64,000 nucleotides of DNA from Alphaproteobacteria bacterium (lineage in GTDB: Bacteria; Pseudomonadota; Alphaproteobacteria; UBA828), in the NCBI GenBank assembly GCA_965221125.1, contig CBDCRW010000002.1:64001-128000 (forward strand), in the 5' to 3' direction. The position numbers were made by a program, and so were the translations under genes. The notes beneath the pieces are model-generated. The model was not told the DNA's origin, did not search any database, and saw only the letters and a list, made by a program, of their open reading frames with translations. Position 1 is the stretch's first letter. Every line of letters starts with the position of its first letter. Of the stretch, positions 7,981-17,432 are shown one piece after another.

Positions 7981-9186
7981 TTATCCCAAGTAGCCAGCCC
8001 AATCCTCCATCAGCATTCGGCGCCGCTCGAACAGGTCGGTCCGGCGATAGGCCGCCTCCACCCGATCCGAATTCACATGTGCTAGCGCGAGCTCGCAGAC
8101 CTCGCGGGGCGCGTCCGAGCACTCCGCCGCCCAGTCGCGGAACGAGGACCGGAAGCCGTGCGGCACGGCCTCGATGCCGAGCTCCCGGAGCAGCTTGGAG
8201 ATCGTGTTGTCGCTGAGCGCCCGGCCCTGCGGCGAGGGGAAGATCAGCCTGGACCGGTCCTCGAAGGCCCGCGCTTCGTCGAGGATCTGCAGCGCGCGGG
8301 CGGAGAGCGGCACCCGGTGATCGCGCTTCGCCTTCATCCGGCTCGCCGGCACCGTCCATGTCGCGGAGTCGAAGTCGACCTCGTCCCACGTCGCAAGCCG
8401 GACCTCGCCGGACCGGGTGGCTGTCAGCACCAGGAACTCGAAGGCGAGCGCGGTGAGTGTCTGCGCACCCGACGTCTTCACCTTCTCGAGCGCGGCGCCG
8501 ACCTCGGGGAAGGGGAGGGCGCGCTGGTGCCGGCGCACGCTGCCGTTCTTCGGCAGCGCGGCGGAGATCGCGTCGCCGGCGGGGTTGTCGTCGCGGTAGC
8601 CCTGTGCGATGGCCCACTTCATCACCGCGCCGATCCGCTGGCGCACGCGCCGCATGGTTTCGTTCTTGGTGTGCCAGTGCGGGATCAGGACGGCCATCAC
8701 GTCGGCGGTGGTGATCTGGTCGACCCGTCTGCGGCCGAGCCGTTTCATGGCGTAGTCCCGGAGCGAGGCACGCCATTGCTTCTCGCTCTTGCCGGCGTCC
8801 TTCCAGCCTTCGCGGTGGATGGCGATCACGGTCTCGACCGCGTCCGCGAACGTGGGCACGTCCGGTTTGCGTTGGAGCGCGATGGGGTCGCCGCCCGCCC
8901 ATGAGATCTTCCGGTACTCGAAGGCTTTTTGGCGGGCTTCGGCGAGGGAGACGTAGGGGAACGCGCCGAGGCCGACGTCGCGGCGCATGCCGTTGACGGT
9001 TCCGCGCCAGATCCAGTGTTTGGAGATCGACTTCCGTTTGCGCGATTCGTAGACTCGGAGTCGCAGTCCGTGCTGGTCGCCGTAGACGCCGGGCCGGTTG
9101 ACGGTTTTGACGAATGCGGCGGTTAGGCGTCCTTTCTTCGGGGTTTTGATGGCGGACGCAAACGGAATCGAACGCGTTTCGGGCAT
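7981..9186 (-). CDS. P4-like tyrosine integrase
   Basis: Arm-binding N-terminus (GLG.FP.VSLAEAR) and catalytic motifs TATRSGE, HGFRSSF, LAH and AY. Confidence 0.93.
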   Translation of the reverse strand: MPETRSIPFASAIKTPKKGRLTAAFVKTVNRPGVYGDQHGLRLRVYESRKRKSISKHWIWRGTVNGMRRDVGLGAFPYVSLAEARQKAFEYRKISWAGGDPIALQRKPDVPTFADAVETVIAIHREGWKDAGKSEKQWRASLRDYAMKRLGRRRVDQITTADVMAVLIPHWHTKNETMRRVRQRIGAVMKWAIAQGYRDDNPAGDAISAALPKNGSVRRHQRALPFPEVGAALEKVKTSGAQTLTALAFEFLVLTATRSGEVRLATWDEVDFDSATWTVPASRMKAKRDHRVPLSARALQILDEARAFEDRSRLIFPSPQGRALSDNTISKLLRELGIEAVPHGFRSSFRDWAAECSDAPREVCELALAHVNSDRVEAAYRRTDLFERRRMLMEDWAGYLG

Positions 9187-9335
9187 GCTTTCTGGCACCC
9201 ATATTGAGTCCCACAATGCGATCGATATTGGCTGAGAACGGTGTCCAACGCAAGGCAAGAGTTGGACCGGTAACCCTTTGATCTTGAACAACAGTTACGA
9301 ACGGTTGAGAAGCGTTAAAAACCCCCTTGGGCGGT

Positions 9336-9349
9336 CACCCCCTCCGCCA
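9336..9349 (+). other. Candidate att site (tRNA-Ser-like 3' end, CACCCCCTCCGCCA)
   Basis: Ends in CCA and lies 150 bp upstream of the integrase. Shares CCCTCCGCCA with the tRNA-Ser end at 58306-58315. Confidence 0.55.
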
Positions 9350-9414
9350 CCGAACCTTGATAATACACTGTATCTGAACGTCATTTTCTTCATTGGCGTT
9401 GTTCGGCGCGGCGG

Positions 9415-10173
9415 CTACGGCCGGGCGCCGAGGCGCTCCAGCGAGGCGGGGGCGACGGAAAAGATCTCGCCCCAGCCGGCGATGCGGCCGGGGTCGACGC
9501 CAGCGAGCGCCAACGTGCCCCAGAGCGCTGCCGCCACGCTGTCGTAGATCGGGCGGCCGGCCTCCGCCTCCAGCGCGGGCGCGTGGGGCGCGCCCTTCAG
9601 GTTCGTGCAGACGGCAGCGATGGCCTGCGGCTCGGCGCCTGCCACGGCGCGGATCATGCCTTCCGTCTGTTCCGCCGGGATCGTGGCGTAGCCGAAGGTG
9701 TCGTCGCTATCGAGGTGGCGCTCGGCGACGCACTGAAAACCCTCGCGCCCGTAGGTCTCGATGATCGCCTCCTGCAGCGCGCTCTCGAAGGGCGTGACCA
9801 GGGCGAAGCGGCTCACCCCCCGGCTGCGGAAGAGCTCGGCCAGCGCCAAGGTGGCGCTCGTCGCCGGGATGCCGGTCTCGCGCGCGATCGTCTCGCAGAG
9901 CCTGCGGTCGAAGTCGGGGCCGAGCCAGCTTCCGGCGGTGCCGTTCCAGCAGATCGCGTGGACGCGCGCATCGGCCAGCAGGCGCGCGGCGGCCAGCATC
10001 GGCTCGTCGGCGAACTGGGCCGTCGCCTTCTCGTCGAGCGCGATGCTGCTCACCCGCACCCGGCTGAAGTGCGCGGTGACGTCGGGCAGGTCCGCGAGCA
10101 GCGCGTAGGTCACGGGCTCCAGCACCGTGTTGAGCGACGGCGTGATCATGCCGATGCGGGTCTGGCTCGCCAT
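9415..10173 (-). CDS. Maleate cis-trans isomerase / Asp-Glu racemase superfamily protein
   Basis: IGMITPS.N...EP, W.GT..SW, LVTP and CTNL motifs. Confidence 0.85.
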   Translation of the reverse strand: MASQTRIGMITPSLNTVLEPVTYALLADLPDVTAHFSRVRVSSIALDEKATAQFADEPMLAAARLLADARVHAICWNGTAGSWLGPDFDRRLCETIARETGIPATSATLALAELFRSRGVSRFALVTPFESALQEAIIETYGREGFQCVAERHLDSDDTFGYATIPAEQTEGMIRAVAGAEPQAIAAVCTNLKGAPHAPALEAEAGRPIYDSVAAALWGTLALAGVDPGRIAGWGEIFSVAPASLERLGARP

Positions 10174-10192
10174 GGGCTCCTCCGTTCTGACG

Positions 10193-11764
10193 TTACGGCG
10201 CGCCGACGCTCGCGTTGGGGGACATCACGTGGGCAACGCCGGTGGCAGCGCCGCTCTCCGGGTCCCAGACCACCGCGTTGGGGCAGGCGTAGGACGACGG
10301 ATGAACCCCGTGCGGCCGCACGCCAAGCGCGAAGCGGGCCTTGAGCGCAGCGAGCGTCTCCGCCGCAAGCCGCGCATCGGCCTCGACGAGGTCCGGCCCA
10401 TCGACGTTGACGCGGGGGCAGTGCGCGGCATCCTCCGGGCTCATCCCGAAATCCGCGAGGAAGGAGAGGAGCTGCGCCACGGCGGGCAGGATGCGCCGCC
10501 CGCCCGAGGCGCCGAGCGCCGCGCGGCGCCCGTCCGCGAGCTCCACCACCGTCGGGCACATGTTGGAGAGCGGCCGCTTGCCGGGCGCGATCGAGTTGGG
10601 GCGGCCCGGCCGGGGGTCGAACCACATGATGCCGTTGTTCAGCAGGATGCCGGTGCCGGGCAGCATCACCTTGGCCCCGAAGGGCGACAGCAGGGTCTGG
10701 GTCAGCGCGACCACGGTGCCGTCGCGGTCGGCGACGCCGAGGTGGCTGGTGCAGGACGCGGGCTCCGCGTCGGCGCCCTCGCCCATGCCCCGGAGCCGCG
10801 CGGCGTAGGCCGCCTGCAGCGCCCCGGCGTACGCCGCGTAGCTCTCGCCGCCGGGCGCCTCGCCCGGATCGAGGGAGTCCGCGAGGCGGCTCAGCACGTC
10901 GAGCAGAGTCGGCCCCGCAGTCAGCCCCGGCGCAGCCCAGACGCGGGCATCGCGGTAGGGCACCGGCGCGACCTCCTCCACCTGCGCCTCGTAGCCCGCC
11001 AGGTCGGCCGCCGAGAGCCGCCCGCCGAGCGCCGCCATGTCGGCGGCAATAGAACGCGCGATCTCGCCCGTGTAGGCGTCGGCGGGTCCGGCCTCGGCGA
11101 GCCGGCGCAACGTCTCCGCGAGCCGGCCCAGCCGCACGCGCGGCGCGTCCCCGGTCCAGGGCGTGGCCTGCGGGAAGCCACCCCTGAGGTAGGTGGCGGC
11201 GGAGCCGGGATCCTGCGCGAGCTCCGGCGCAGACGCGGCAATGGCGATGGTGGCGTGCCAGTCCACCTCCATGCCCTGCTCGGTCAGCGCGCACGCCGGC
11301 GCCACGAGGTCGGCCCACCCTTGAGAGCCAAAGCGTTCGTGCGCGAGCCCGAGGCCCGCCACCTGCCCCGGCACGGCGACCGCGAGCGGGCCCCGCATGT
11401 TGCGGTCCTCCTCGACCGCCGGCCAGCCGAACATGTCCGCGCCCGCTTCGCCGGTGAGCGGGTAGTCCGCCGGCTCCAGCGCGCCCGGCGCGACCATGCC
11501 GAAGGAGACCGCCCACGTGCGGTCCCCGCCTCCGGGGCGGACCAGCATGTAGCCGCCGCCGCCGAGCCCGCTCATCCAGGGCTCGACCGCAGCGAGCGCC
11601 AGGCTCGTCGCGATGGCGGCGTCGACCGCGTTGCCGCCCCCCGCCAGCACCCGCGCGCCGACTTCGGACGCGGCATGGTGCTGGGTCGCGACCACGCCGC
11701 CCCGGCTCGTCACCGCCGGCTTGCGGACGACCCAGCGCTCCGGCTTCTCCGTCGCCGTTGCCAT
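10193..11764 (-). CDS. ggt: Gamma-glutamyltransferase family protein
   Basis: GGNAVDAA, EP..SG.GGG, nucleophile CTSH, LNNG, PGKRPLSNM.P and GASGG motifs. Confidence 0.92.
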   Translation of the reverse strand: MATATEKPERWVVRKPAVTSRGGVVATQHHAASEVGARVLAGGGNAVDAAIATSLALAAVEPWMSGLGGGGYMLVRPGGGDRTWAVSFGMVAPGALEPADYPLTGEAGADMFGWPAVEEDRNMRGPLAVAVPGQVAGLGLAHERFGSQGWADLVAPACALTEQGMEVDWHATIAIAASAPELAQDPGSAATYLRGGFPQATPWTGDAPRVRLGRLAETLRRLAEAGPADAYTGEIARSIAADMAALGGRLSAADLAGYEAQVEEVAPVPYRDARVWAAPGLTAGPTLLDVLSRLADSLDPGEAPGGESYAAYAGALQAAYAARLRGMGEGADAEPASCTSHLGVADRDGTVVALTQTLLSPFGAKVMLPGTGILLNNGIMWFDPRPGRPNSIAPGKRPLSNMCPTVVELADGRRAALGASGGRRILPAVAQLLSFLADFGMSPEDAAHCPRVNVDGPDLVEADARLAAETLAALKARFALGVRPHGVHPSSYACPNAVVWDPESGAATGVAHVMSPNASVGAP

Positions 11765-11791
11765 GCGGCGCTCCCCGAAAGCCCGCGCCCG

Positions 11792-13357
11792 CTACACGCT
11801 CTGCCAGTCCGCGCTCTTCTCCAGCGCGTCGGCGACCCTGAGCACGGTGAGGTCGTCGAAGTGGCGGCCCACGATCTGGCAGCCGATGGGCAGGTCGTCG
11901 CTCACGCCGCAGGGCACGCTGATCGCGGGATGGCCGGTCAGATTGAACTGCGGCGTGTTGTTGATCATGCTGAGCGCGCGCGACATGTACTCCCCGAAAT
12001 CGGCATCCAGGCTCGGGATCGGCGCCGGCAGGTGCGGAATGGTCGGCAGCACCAGCACGTCCACCTCGGCGAGCGCCCTGTCGTAGGCCTCGGTCAGCCG
12101 CCGCCGCTGGTTCTGCGCCTTGGCGTAGTAGGTGCCGTGGTAGTAGCGCTTGAGATAGCTGCCGAGCAGCAGGACGTTCTTCACGGTGAGCGGATAGTCG
12201 TTCTGGCGGGTCTGCGCGGCGCGCGACGCGTGCTCCAGGAACTGCGTGTCGTAGTAGCCGAACCAGCCGGTGCCGACGCCGCCCGCCTTCAGCATGAACT
12301 CGGTCGCGCCCTCGGCCGCGATGGCGAACCAGACCCGGAGCCCGTGGTAGTGCAAGGGCACCGAGACCTCAGTGACCTGCGCGCCGCGCTGCTCCAGCCG
12401 GCCCACCGCGGCGCGCACCGCTGCGTCCACCGCCGGATCGCTCCCCGGCAGGCCGAACTCGGGCCACGTCTCCTCGGTCTGGCCGAAACCCTCGGTCAGC
12501 ACGCCGATGCGGATCCCCTCGCAGCCCGCGCCGATGGCCGGCATGTAGTCCTGCACGTGGTTCGCCGGGATGGTGCCGCGCTGGCGCGGGTCGAGCGGGT
12601 CGGGGCCGGCCAGCACCGAGAGCATGCGGGCCGTGTTCTCCACCGTGTCCGTCATCGGGCCGATGTGGTCGAGGGTCATCTCGATGGCGAGGCAGCCGGT
12701 ATAGGGAATGAGCCCGTAGGTCGCCTTGTGGCCGACGGTGCCGCACCAGGAGGCGGGAATGCGGATCGAGCCGCCCTGATCGCCGCCGATGGCCATGGCC
12801 ACGTCGCCGGCGGCGATCGCGGCGCCGCTCCCCTTGGACGAGCCGCCGGGCGCGTGCGTCGGCTTGCGCGGGTTGCGCACCGGCCCGTAGCCGCTGGTGT
12901 GGCCGCCGCCGGAGAAGGAGAAGTCGGCGCAGGCGGTCTTGCCGACGATGGTGGCGCCCGCGTCGAGCAGGCGGGTCACGATGGTGGCGTCGATGGTCGG
13001 CACGTAGCCCTCGAGGACGCGCGCGCCGTTCATCATCGGCAGGCCGGCCACGGAGACCACGTCCTTGATGCCGATCTCCTCGCCCGCGAGCGGACCCGCA
13101 TCGGCGCCCTTGATCTCGGCCCGCCAGTACCAGGCGTTGTACGGGTTCTCGTCCGGGTGCGGCCGGTAGCCGGAGGTGCGCGGATAGGCGACCTGGGGGC
13201 GTTCCTCCGGCATGTCGTCGATGTGGCGCAAGCTCCTGATGGCCCCCAGCATGGCCTCCCGCTGGTTCGACAGGTCCTCCTGCGTCATGTCGAGCCCGAA
13301 ATCCAGGGCGATGTCGGCAAGCTGATCGATGGTGGGCAGTTCCGGACCGCGGGACAT
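11792..13357 (-). CDS. Amidase-signature family amidase
   Basis: GIKD, GGSSKGS and GGDQGGSIRIPA (Ser-cisSer-Lys triad). Start at MSRGPELPT. Confidence 0.93.
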   Translation of the reverse strand: MSRGPELPTIDQLADIALDFGLDMTQEDLSNQREAMLGAIRSLRHIDDMPEERPQVAYPRTSGYRPHPDENPYNAWYWRAEIKGADAGPLAGEEIGIKDVVSVAGLPMMNGARVLEGYVPTIDATIVTRLLDAGATIVGKTACADFSFSGGGHTSGYGPVRNPRKPTHAPGGSSKGSGAAIAAGDVAMAIGGDQGGSIRIPASWCGTVGHKATYGLIPYTGCLAIEMTLDHIGPMTDTVENTARMLSVLAGPDPLDPRQRGTIPANHVQDYMPAIGAGCEGIRIGVLTEGFGQTEETWPEFGLPGSDPAVDAAVRAAVGRLEQRGAQVTEVSVPLHYHGLRVWFAIAAEGATEFMLKAGGVGTGWFGYYDTQFLEHASRAAQTRQNDYPLTVKNVLLLGSYLKRYYHGTYYAKAQNQRRRLTEAYDRALAEVDVLVLPTIPHLPAPIPSLDADFGEYMSRALSMINNTPQFNLTGHPAISVPCGVSDDLPIGCQIVGRHFDDLTVLRVADALEKSADWQSV

Positions 13358-13559
13358 GGGGGCCTCGTTTCGTCTGATGGGAGCGGCTTGCGATCCTAGG
13401 GCGGTGCGTGGGCGCCGACAACGGGGGCGGCCGTTCTGCGATCCCGCGGGCCTGCCGGCGCGACTGGGCGGAGCCGATCCCCGATGGCCCGCGCGCGGGG
13501 CCGCGGCTACCATCGTCCGCGCCATGCGGACCGACATTGCCTAGCGGGACCGAGGAGCC

Positions 13560-14159
13560 GTGAACGCGACCCCACGGGCCGAGCGCCTGCGCGATCACTT
13601 CGTCGGCTGGCAGTGCCGCATACGGGCCGATGCCATGCGCCGCCGGGCCGGCCGGCCCACGCCGGGGATGTGCCCGCAGGTGCTGAGTGCTGCGGGCGCG
13701 CCGCTCGCGCGGGCGGTGACGACGCTGCTGGTGCGGCGGGAACCCGAATCCTTCGCGCCCGAGTTCCGCCACCTGGCGCGGCGCACCCACGACCCGCGCG
13801 ATCGCCGCGAGGCGGCGCTCGCGCTGCTGGCCGAACGCTACTACCAGCACGCCCGCGACTTCGGCGACGTTCTCACGGCGACCTTCGCGGCCGAATCACC
13901 GCTCGCCGCCGACCTGGAGCGGGAGGGCCGCTGCGTCCTGGCGTTCGCCCAGGACGGCCAGCGCTACCGGCTGCCCTGCGCCGTTGGGAGGCTAGGGCTC
14001 GACGATCCCCGCCGCGAGGAAACCTGGTGGCACAACGCGCTCTTCAACCCGCAGCTGCCGCCGGACGTCCCCGTCCTCGCCTTCGTCCCCCGCTGGCTGG
14101 AGGCGGACACCGATCCCGACGAGTCCGCGGTGCTCATGGGAGTGAAAAACAGTGCCTGA
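13560..14159 (+). CDS. Hypothetical protein
   Basis: GTG start after GAGGAG, with protein-like composition (F..WQCRIR..AMR). Confidence 0.7.
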   Translation: MNATPRAERLRDHFVGWQCRIRADAMRRRAGRPTPGMCPQVLSAAGAPLARAVTTLLVRREPESFAPEFRHLARRTHDPRDRREAALALLAERYYQHARDFGDVLTATFAAESPLAADLEREGRCVLAFAQDGQRYRLPCAVGRLGLDDPRREETWWHNALFNPQLPPDVPVLAFVPRWLEADTDPDESAVLMGVKNSA

Positions 14160-14308
14160 GATATCGGAAAACGCGGGAACTCACCGCCAATGCGATTGAC
14201 GCAATTTATTCGACATACCGCAGTTACGGACCCTCGATTCGGTCATATCATTGTGGGAGTCGTGCAGGCGGACCACGCTGCATAAGATTGCGAGCAGGAG
14301 GCCCCACA

Positions 14309-16936
14309 ATGAATATCACGACAGGGACATTCAGATATTCGTCGTTTCTGGGAGCCGGCCTGCTCATGCTCGCCGGCGTTTATTCCGAGGTGCTCCCCAC
14401 GACGGCACAGGCACAGGAAGGGTGTCCGCTTCCCGCTGGCGCGACTGCTGTCCAGCCTCCGGACGTGACGGCGCAGGAGGTGGAAAACGGCACTGGCAGC
14501 CTGATGGACTTCACGCTGGCTGCAACGCAGCGGTTCGCGACCCTGAACGAGACGAGGAATCTCCTGCACTACTTGTGTCTCGTCCGTCAGGAGGGGGGCC
14601 CTTGGCGTGCGGGATCCACCTACATCACGGCACTGTCGGTCGACGGCAGGGTGTTCTTTCACGCGAAAGACATGGCACTCACGGGCAGGCAGCTCCAGCC
14701 GGCGATTTATGGAGAGATCCTCGTTCGGTTGGGAGTCGAGCCGGCCGTCCTCGCCAACCTGGCGTCTCCCGATCCCGCCGTAGTCGGTCAGGCTTTCGCC
14801 GCCGTCATTCGAACACTGTCGCAAGGACCGCACGCCTCGTTCGACGCGACGGCCCCCGTGCCAGGCGCAAGGCCGGGGATACCAGGCGCCTCGGGCCATG
14901 TCGGCTCCTACGTCTCGATCGCCTATGGAGGGCAGCCGTTCCTGGCGCTCGCCGGGTTCGATCTCGACGAGTCACACCTGGTTCCCATCGGCGAAGAGAT
15001 TATCGACCACGGCGACCCGGTTATTACTGCTGCAGACGTGGTGGACCGCGAGACTCTGAAGGCCTTCGTCACACAGGCGGGGGAGTACGTTCTCGCACAG
15101 CAGAAGAGCGGAGATCCGGCTGGCAGCGCGAAAGCCTTCATCGCCTTGCGGGATGAGAACGGGCCCTGGCGGCACGGTTCCGTCTACCTCTATGTCATCA
15201 ACCTTACGGATCCTGACGCCGATCCTCCGGAGGGCGTTGTCCTCTTTCACGCGACGGAACCGGACAGGTTCGAGTTTCAGCCTCTGGTCGGGATTGCCCG
15301 AGACGGCGTTACCGGAGAGCTCATTCTGCCGCAGGTCCTCAGAGCGGCGACCAGCAATCCGGAAGGCGGCTTCGTGCAGTATTTCTACGACGATCCCGCT
15401 GATGACACGGACAGGGCCGACATCCCCAAGGTGGGTTATGCCCGCGAGTTTACCGCTGAAATCCAGACGCCAGTTGGAGCATCCCAGGTTAACTTTGTCG
15501 TCGGATCGGGATTTTATCTGAGCGACACCGGGGTGGTCGCGGCGGGCCGGAACACGGTCGTCCAGTCGGTGCTGCCCCAGGTCGTCCGCGCCATGACCGC
15601 CGGCACGGTCGATGCCGTTTCCAGCCGCATCCAGCGCGCATCATCCGGCGCCGCGCCCGATGCCAGCCTCAGCTTCGGCGGCGCCACGACGCTCTCCGAC
15701 GCCATCGTGGCCAACGGCCCGGCGCTGCAGAACGGCACGTTCGACCTCGCGCGCCTGCTCGAGGGCTCGTCCTTCACCGTGGCGCTGGGCGCCGCGGATG
15801 GCGGGAGCAGCGGCCCGTTCGGCGACCTGACCTTCTGGGGAAGCGGCGACTACCGCAGCATCTCGGGCGGCAACGCGCAGTCCGTGAGCTACGACGGCAC
15901 CGTGACGAGCGCCAACCTCGGGATCGATACCAGGCTGAGCGCAGACGTGCTGGCCGGCGTGTCGCTCACGTCGTCGCAAGGGGCGGTGGATTACACGGAC
16001 CTCAACGCGCAGGAGGGCGAGTTCTCGGCCTCGCTGACGAGCGTCAACCCCTACATCGGCTGGGGAACGCCCGGCGGCATGAACCTGTGGGCCATGGCCG
16101 GCTACGGCACGGGCGAGGTCGAGATCGACGACGCGGTGGGCACGGAGGCGAGCGACCTGACGCAGCAGACGTTCGCGGCAGGCGCGAGCGGGTCGCTCAT
16201 GTCCAGCGACGAGTTTCTCGATGGCGGGACCACCAGCCTGCTGCTGAAGGCCGAGGCAGCCTTCACGAAGGCCGAGGTCGATGGCTCGGAGACGCTGGCG
16301 CGCACGACGGTCAACGTCAGCCGGCAGCGGCTCACGCTCGAAGGGGTGTACGACCGGAAGCTCGCCTCGGGCGCGACGCTCTCGCCCTCGCTCGAGCTCG
16401 GCATACGGAACGACGGCGGAGACGGCGAGACCGGCGGCGGTGTCGAGACCGGTGGCGGTCTGCGCTACTCCGACCCGGCGTCGGGGATCACCCTCGAGGG
16501 CCGGGCCCGGACGCTCCTGTCGCACAGTGGCGACCACGAGGAGTGGGGCGTGAGCGGACTGGTGCGGATCGATCCCGGCGCGTCGGGCCAGGGGCTCGCG
16601 TTCAGCCTGCGGCCGGCGTGGGGCGAGACGGCCGGCGGCGTGCGGCGGTTGTGGGGGGGCGACGTGACCGCCCTGGGAGCGGCAGCGGCCGAGCACGGGG
16701 CCGGGCGTGTGAGCGCGCGGCTCGCCTATGGCATCGGCGACACGTGGGGTGCCGAGGGCGTGCTCACGCCTTACACCGACGTGTCGCTCTCCGACGCGGG
16801 CTCACGGCGTCTCGGCCTCGGCGGCCGCTACGACATCGGGCCCTGGGTCGGGATGAGCCTGGAAGGCACGCACGGCCGGCCGGCGCAGGGTGCCGCCGAC
16901 AACAGCGTTATCCTCCGCGCCGACCTACGCTGGTAA
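14309..16936 (+). CDS. Autotransporter-like outer-membrane protein with two Cache-like passenger repeats
   Basis: Signal peptide ending AQA, two repeats (TA..V...L..F...GPWR.GS.Y...V.FHA) and a C-terminal beta-barrel ending in aromatic W. Upstream SD GGAGG. Confidence 0.8.
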   Translation: MNITTGTFRYSSFLGAGLLMLAGVYSEVLPTTAQAQEGCPLPAGATAVQPPDVTAQEVENGTGSLMDFTLAATQRFATLNETRNLLHYLCLVRQEGGPWRAGSTYITALSVDGRVFFHAKDMALTGRQLQPAIYGEILVRLGVEPAVLANLASPDPAVVGQAFAAVIRTLSQGPHASFDATAPVPGARPGIPGASGHVGSYVSIAYGGQPFLALAGFDLDESHLVPIGEEIIDHGDPVITAADVVDRETLKAFVTQAGEYVLAQQKSGDPAGSAKAFIALRDENGPWRHGSVYLYVINLTDPDADPPEGVVLFHATEPDRFEFQPLVGIARDGVTGELILPQVLRAATSNPEGGFVQYFYDDPADDTDRADIPKVGYAREFTAEIQTPVGASQVNFVVGSGFYLSDTGVVAAGRNTVVQSVLPQVVRAMTAGTVDAVSSRIQRASSGAAPDASLSFGGATTLSDAIVANGPALQNGTFDLARLLEGSSFTVALGAADGGSSGPFGDLTFWGSGDYRSISGGNAQSVSYDGTVTSANLGIDTRLSADVLAGVSLTSSQGAVDYTDLNAQEGEFSASLTSVNPYIGWGTPGGMNLWAMAGYGTGEVEIDDAVGTEASDLTQQTFAAGASGSLMSSDEFLDGGTTSLLLKAEAAFTKAEVDGSETLARTTVNVSRQRLTLEGVYDRKLASGATLSPSLELGIRNDGGDGETGGGVETGGGLRYSDPASGITLEGRARTLLSHSGDHEEWGVSGLVRIDPGASGQGLAFSLRPAWGETAGGVRRLWGGDVTALGAAAAEHGAGRVSARLAYGIGDTWGAEGVLTPYTDVSLSDAGSRRLGLGGRYDIGPWVGMSLEGTHGRPAQGAADNSVILRADLRW

Positions 16937-16976
16937 CGCCGCAGGGCATCCGCCCGCGGCGACGGGCGGGCGCGCT

Positions 16977-17369
16977 CTAAAACTTCCGGTAGACCGCGTT
17001 GAGGTCCGTCATCGGGTGGCGCGGCGACATCTGGAATTTGATCAGCAGCTCGCGGGCGAGCATGTCGCGGTCCTGCTGGTTGTCCGGCAGCTCCAGGTCT
17101 TCCGGCACCGTGACCCAGCCGTTGATGTTGCGGTCGAACACCGCCGGCCGGCCTTCCTCGTAGCCCATGTGGACGTCTTCCAGCCAGTTGAGGTCGGTCC
17201 AGCCCATGGTCTCGATGTAGCGGGCGAGGAAGGGCGTGAGCCGCTCGTAGTCCGGCACCAGGTTCACATCGTAGCGGTAGCCGATGTGCTGGCCGATCTC
17301 CTTCTCGCGCTTGCTGTCGAGCCCGCTCTGGCTCAGGAAGTAGTCGACGTCGCCGGTCTTGTCGCTCAT
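16977..17369 (-). CDS. Hypothetical protein (130 aa) at the end of the methylamine operon
   Basis: Strong GC3 codon bias, SD GGAGA, co-directional with mgsC. Confidence 0.8.
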   Translation of the reverse strand: MSDKTGDVDYFLSQSGLDSKREKEIGQHIGYRYDVNLVPDYERLTPFLARYIETMGWTDLNWLEDVHMGYEEGRPAVFDRNINGWVTVPEDLELPDNQQDRDMLARELLIKFQMSPRHPMTDLNAVYRKF

Positions 17370-17432
17370 GGCGCTTCTCCGGAGTCCTTGTGGTTCGGCG
17401 CGACCGCTTCAAACCACAAGACTCTTTCGTGA

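Larger units (their letters stand above)
1..9349. mobile_element. Right-hand part of an integrative genomic island
   Basis: Tyrosine integrase at 7981-9186, tRNA 3'-end-like fragment at 9336-9349, RM/HEPN/intron/IS cargo and lower-GC patches. The left boundary lies outside the window. Confidence 0.7.

Noticed and set aside
10127-13399. Very long ORFs antisense to or overlapping real genes (also 1916-3634, 20831-23704, 24690-27359, 30460-32910, 48456-50537, 53335-55389)
   Set aside because: Shadow ORFs from high GC3 bias; they are Arg/Gly/Ala-rich with no motifs and lie opposite clearly recognisable genes.
13484-14308. N-terminal 275 aa of the 1150-aa ORF
   Set aside because: Overlaps the 13560-14159 gene in another frame; the SD and signal peptide point to ATG 14309.
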